Assembly: GCF_003704095.1 (NCBI RefSeq)
Contig: NW_020843495.1
Coordinates: forward strand, 124,001 to 188,000
DNA length: 64,000 nucleotides
Origin: Pocillopora damicornis
Lineage: Eukaryota
Reading direction: 5' to 3'
The notes below the pieces were generated by a model that was given only the letters and a program-made list of their open reading frames with translations, did not search any database and was not told where the DNA came from. The position numbers and the translations under genes were made by a program. This document shows, one piece after another, positions 59,901-64,000 of the stretch (position 1 is its first letter; each line of letters begins with the position of its first letter).

Positions 59901-62535
59901 ATTTCTAATATTTCTGTGGAAGAAAAGGCAAGTTTTTAATCATTTGTCCTCCCACTTGTTTAGTTTTTTTTCAAGGTCTATTTAAAGGGTCACATGTCTA
60001 TTAAAACCTTTATTTTGAACAGAGCAATTGAAGACAAGAGATATCAGAAAGCTGGGACTTTGCCAGTGAACAAAAATTTCTTCAAGTGCTTGTGATGGTT
60101 TAATTATGTTGGTCATGCAGGGATAAATTAATAACTTTGTTTGAATTTTATACCTAATCTAAGTTTGTTTGTCTTTTTGTGGCACAGAAACTAGGAGCAG
60201 GAATGAAAATGCATGACTTTCAACCAATCAGTAAGTTGCAGGCCCAAGCTTACTGTATTACCACAGGCATCCCAAGCTCATGTCTCAAGAAAAAGCAAAA
60301 GATTAATTCATGACAGTGTCAGGCGTTGTGTAACCTGATGTTAAGTTATGCAAGGACCTGTTGAGAATTTGAACATCTTATAAGAAATAGTATGGGGAAA
60401 GAAAATATGGTTGATTTACAACACTAAATATTCTGAAATATAAAAGTTTTACATGGAAGATTAATAGAACTTACTCACTCCTTGTGTGTCCATGTAACTT
60501 AACACCCCATCTCACTGTGCAAGGAGCTTTCATGAATTGATTGTTTGCTTTTTCTTAAGATGTTAGCTTAGGACACCTTTGGTATTACATGTACTAGTGC
60601 TGAAGAGTTCAGCAGGGATTCTTCTCCCCATGTACAAAATATAATCAACATCTGTCCCATTGAACTACCTAACAGATGGGTTCTTGAGAGATTGTATTTA
60701 CATTTTAGTTAATTTGATAAAAAAAAAACACCTTGGTAAACAAAATAATCAAGTGAGATTGTTTGTATGTACCTCTGGTTGTTTAACTTCATCCAGCTCT
60801 TATATTTGACATTAAATGGATTGGTTATCAACTGGTCTTCATTGCTAAACTTATTTCATGAACTTATCTTTTATTTATTTCTCACATAGCATCACTTGCA
60901 CCAGGTGCAACCATTGCAGTGACTGTGGGAATTGATTTTAATGATACAACTCAGCCTGCCAGTTTTAATTTGTGGTGGGTTAAGTTTCTCTATTTTTGTA
61001 TAGTGAAGTTTTAAATGAGTTTCATTTCACACTTCATCTGTGGTACAGGGCATTTTACTAGAACCTGTAGTATCTGACACTAATGCAGAATTCTTAGATC
61101 TGCAGATGTAACTTAATAGTGGGGCTGCCATTTGAACTGACCTCTGTAGGCTGCCATTATACAACAACAATGTGTTTTGTCACTGTCACACATTTAAACT
61201 GGTGTTCATAAAATGACTACTTGTTGAAAAGTGTTTAATTCTGTGAAACTCTGCTTTCAAAATAGTCTTGAAAGTAGAGCAATAAGTATTGGAACCAAAT
61301 TTAGCTTTGTACAGTTTGTATAAGCTATTTTATTTTCCTGGATACATGTGCATATTTGGAAATGTCTTTATTGAGTCATTGTGTAACTGAAAAAGACAAT
61401 CAATCTAAGTGTCCCAGGACTGGGAGATTTACCTTTAAAAGTGACATGATTTTTGGGGTTGTCTTTTAGTACTCAATCCAGTAAGTTTCCAGTTAGCATC
61501 AAGGCACCTGTTGGTGAACTATTACAAGGCTGCCCCATGACTGAAGCTGACTTCTTGACCAAACAAGGTGGGTGTATTCTTTATTTAGTCAAACTGGTTG
61601 CTTTTGCCTCCACACTCTTTCACCCTTTCATAGTCAAATTTGGTCAATTTGTTAGTGTTGCTTTTTGTATTTTTTATACAGAAATCCAACTATCACCCAC
61701 CCTTACTTTCCTTTTTAGAGGGTATTCAAGAAGATAATGATTGCTTTCACAACATATTATATGTGATATTCATTGCTAAACACCTGTACAGCCATATAAA
61801 GTGATGTGGAAGATTGATTCAAGTGTAATTCGCAAACGTGCTTCCTTGCAAATTTGCAAGAAAAATCAAGGCATTTTGAGGAACAATTCCTCCTACTTCT
61901 TCAGAGTGCTATTTTGTCAAGTTTTTATGAAATGCTTTCAATTAAAAGTGATGTTTTGCTGTCCAGTACTTCGTGTTTTTTTGTTTGTGGAAAGACACAA
62001 CAACATATTGTTCCAGTCAATAAATCATCTATGGTATGACTCTGAGAACAGTTTTTAGTGTATGTATGGTTCAATTTATTCTTGGTTTTAATTACGTTTT
62101 CCTTTGTTCTTTGATGTGGAAATGGCAATGAAAAAAAATTTATTTTTGATCCAAAGTTAAAACTAAACCACAACCCTTACATTACTGGTAATGATAATAA
62201 CAGCAGGATTTTACCTGTACAAATTCCTCTCAGGTAAACTTCGAGGCTTAAATGAGAGTTCTGGAACAGTAGATATACCTGGCAACCTTAATTCTGAAGA
62301 AGTGGTATGTTCAAAGGTGAAGGAGGCTGCTGCCATCACCTACATTGGAGCCACGCCCCTTTCTGAGGGGGCATCAACATACCGATTTGCTGCTCGCACC
62401 ATCTCTGGAGGAACACATATTCTTGTGACAGTTAAAGTACCTGTTGATGGAAAAAGCAGCTCCATAACAGTGAATTGCGAAAAGATGGCAATTAGCTCTA
62501 TGCTTGTCAAAGAAATTAAACAAGCCTTGCAGTGA
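47917..62535 (+). CDS. AP3B1: AP-3 complex subunit beta (AP3B1/AP3B2 pro-ortholog), ~1057 aa
   Basis: 31 exons: 47917-48002, 48109-48184, 49623-49697, 49854-49949, 50311-50406, 50608-50672, 51321-51387, 51524-51706, 51794-51958, 52103-52200, 52589-52643, 53145-53216, 53543-53605, 54087-54219, 54448-54500, 54673-54729, 55141-55251, 55526-55591, 55918-56025, 56387-56465, 56743-56861, 56996-57095, 57983-58078, 58521-58633, 59071-59179, 59337-59455, 59742-59927, 60188-60230, 60890-60974, 61470-61567, 62234-62535 (3174 nt, in frame). Adaptin trunk ([56 protein letters not shown]), Ser/Glu hinge and ear domain. Confidence 0.97.
48463..48502. repeat. Simple repeat (attagt/attgt)n
   Basis: Sequence attagtattgtattagtattagtattgtattagtattagt. 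Confidence 0.8.
54276..54306. other. Assembly gap (N run) in AP3B intron
   Basis: Run of N bases. Confidence 1.
57498..57653 (+). mobile_element. Penelope-like element terminal fragment carrying a degenerate minimal hammerhead ribozyme
   Basis: AAAGCT-CTGACGA-A-GGGC-TAAT-GCTC-GAAAC-ATT-GGCTTT contains the hammerhead core boxes with stems I and II. It is followed by ctctttacggtggccaatttacattatcaactc...agtttctttagaaacttacc, which I recognise as a common coral repeat. Confidence 0.65.
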
Positions 62536-63341
62536 TGTCAGAATTTCAGTCATGTGACTGTCGTCAAACATTTATTGTGAAAGAATGGACAATAACTTTT
62601 CTCCACATTACTATAGATCATATTTTTCCTCATAGACACAATATCTATCTTTCAAATTATGCATGACAACTATTTGAATAAAAGTCCAAAATACTCTGAG
62701 ATCACATGAGAACTACATGTATTTTGAAAATGGAATGCTTTCCGTGGCCACCTAAGAAAATTAAAAGGGTCTTAGAATGTTCTGAAGGTCACAGGAAATT
62801 ATGTTGTAGTTAGCAGATGAGAACAAAGGTTGAAAACTCAGTTTGACAATAAGCAAAGTTACTGGTAGACATTCATTATGGGTATTATCTGCTGTTTCAT
62901 AACCATGTGCAGTATTGATTGATGAGTGATTCTCTCAGTTTTGGAGTTATATTAAATTCAGTCACCTCTCCAAAAACCTTCAAGAGTACCATGAATGTTA
63001 TGTTGCATATGGTTGGCCAATTATCATAGAAATCAGCCCTTATATGCTGTTAATGTGGCATGGATTACTTCTCCTTCCTGGCAATGAGATAACCAATAAC
63101 AACAGTGTTTTACAGTTTTGTCTCTGTACCATTTGATATCATTGTAACAATACATAATTGCCTCCCAAATTTTGTTCATCCAAGCCACCAGAACTCATCA
63201 ACTTTCTAATTAGGGGTGATATCATTCCCCACATCTAAATCTATATTATACACTTTCAAGAAACTGGTTTTAAAATCAATAAGATCTATCTTGGATTGAA
63301 AGTAACAAAATGTTCTGTTATGGATTGACAATATCAATCAA

Positions 63342-63630
63342 TTAACCCCTTTGCTGCCAATCGTAATGAGAAGTCTTGTGCCAACACAAATTGACTCTTT
63401 TTTTCAGAATTGGACACTAAATCTGTTTTGCCAGATGTGGAACTGGGCATTAGTTCTTACCAGTCTTCTAAACTGTTTTTAGTCTTAGATGCCAGGTTAT
63501 TTTACATCTTCAGTGCTGGGGATTTGACTGTTACTCTCTAACTTTCGACATACTGAGTATGTCATGTAGCCACACAAACTTCAAATTTAGTTACATACTC
63601 AGTATGTCATGCAGGCAGTGAAGGGATTAA
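63342..63630. mobile_element. TTAA-flanked MITE, third family
   Basis: TIRs ttaacccctttgctgcc ... ggcagtgaagggattaa, with an internal direct repeat catact[gc]agtatgtcatg at 63549 and 63594. Confidence 0.7.
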
Positions 63631-64000
63631 TGGTTTTGGATGAATGCAAAGCACCATCATTTTCTGTTAGTTTCTCAGGGTAGAGACTTTATTTGTTGCG
63701 AGAAATGTTGTTGTCTTCAACTCATTTCACTTCCTACAGAAACAACAGTCATTTCAGCAGTTAAATGAGTAATTAGCCAGAAATTCCTTCTTGAGTAGAA
63801 AGAGTTTTGTCTAACAAGCACAGCAATACAGTAACTTAATAAATAATCAAAACAACGTGAAAAGAGTCATTGGTAAGTGAACAGCGATTATTGGAGAATA
63901 AGCAACTGATTTGCAAAAGTTCAGCAATTTTAAGTTCTTCCTCTCACTGAACATGAAAAGTTTTGGGTCTTCAAGAGACTTAAGCTTGATACATCCAATT

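Overview
AT-rich, intron-rich animal genomic DNA, most likely from a stony coral of the 'robust' clade such as Pocilloporidae (inferred from gene content and repeat families). I spliced nine protein-coding genes by hand: ATP5F1A (-, 5' part only), a complete fused hisH-hisF imidazole glycerol phosphate synthase (HIS7, +), PGGT1B (-), a LITAF-domain gene (-), FKBP8 (-), an uncharacterised CCCH/RWD-like/CHY zinc-finger gene (-), a ZNF474-like C2HC gene (+), HAUS1 (-) and AP-3 beta (+). Six of them form three head-to-head pairs. The main result is an intact histidine-biosynthesis enzyme, absent from almost all animals, lying among ordinary animal genes and apparently sharing a promoter with ATP synthase alpha. 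Robust corals are already known to make histidine, so the pathway itself is not new. Its promoter context and loop insertions are worth following up. Also present: many TTAA-flanked MITEs (one with a nested insertion), a dead RLE-type LINE fragment, a pseudo-tRNA plus a 230-bp palindrome just upstream of FKBP8, a degenerate Penelope-type hammerhead ribozyme, a GC-AG intron, a coding 9-bp repeat (CIRCIRCIRC) and two assembly gaps. Comparisons with human, chicken and yeast genes are from memory and need checking.
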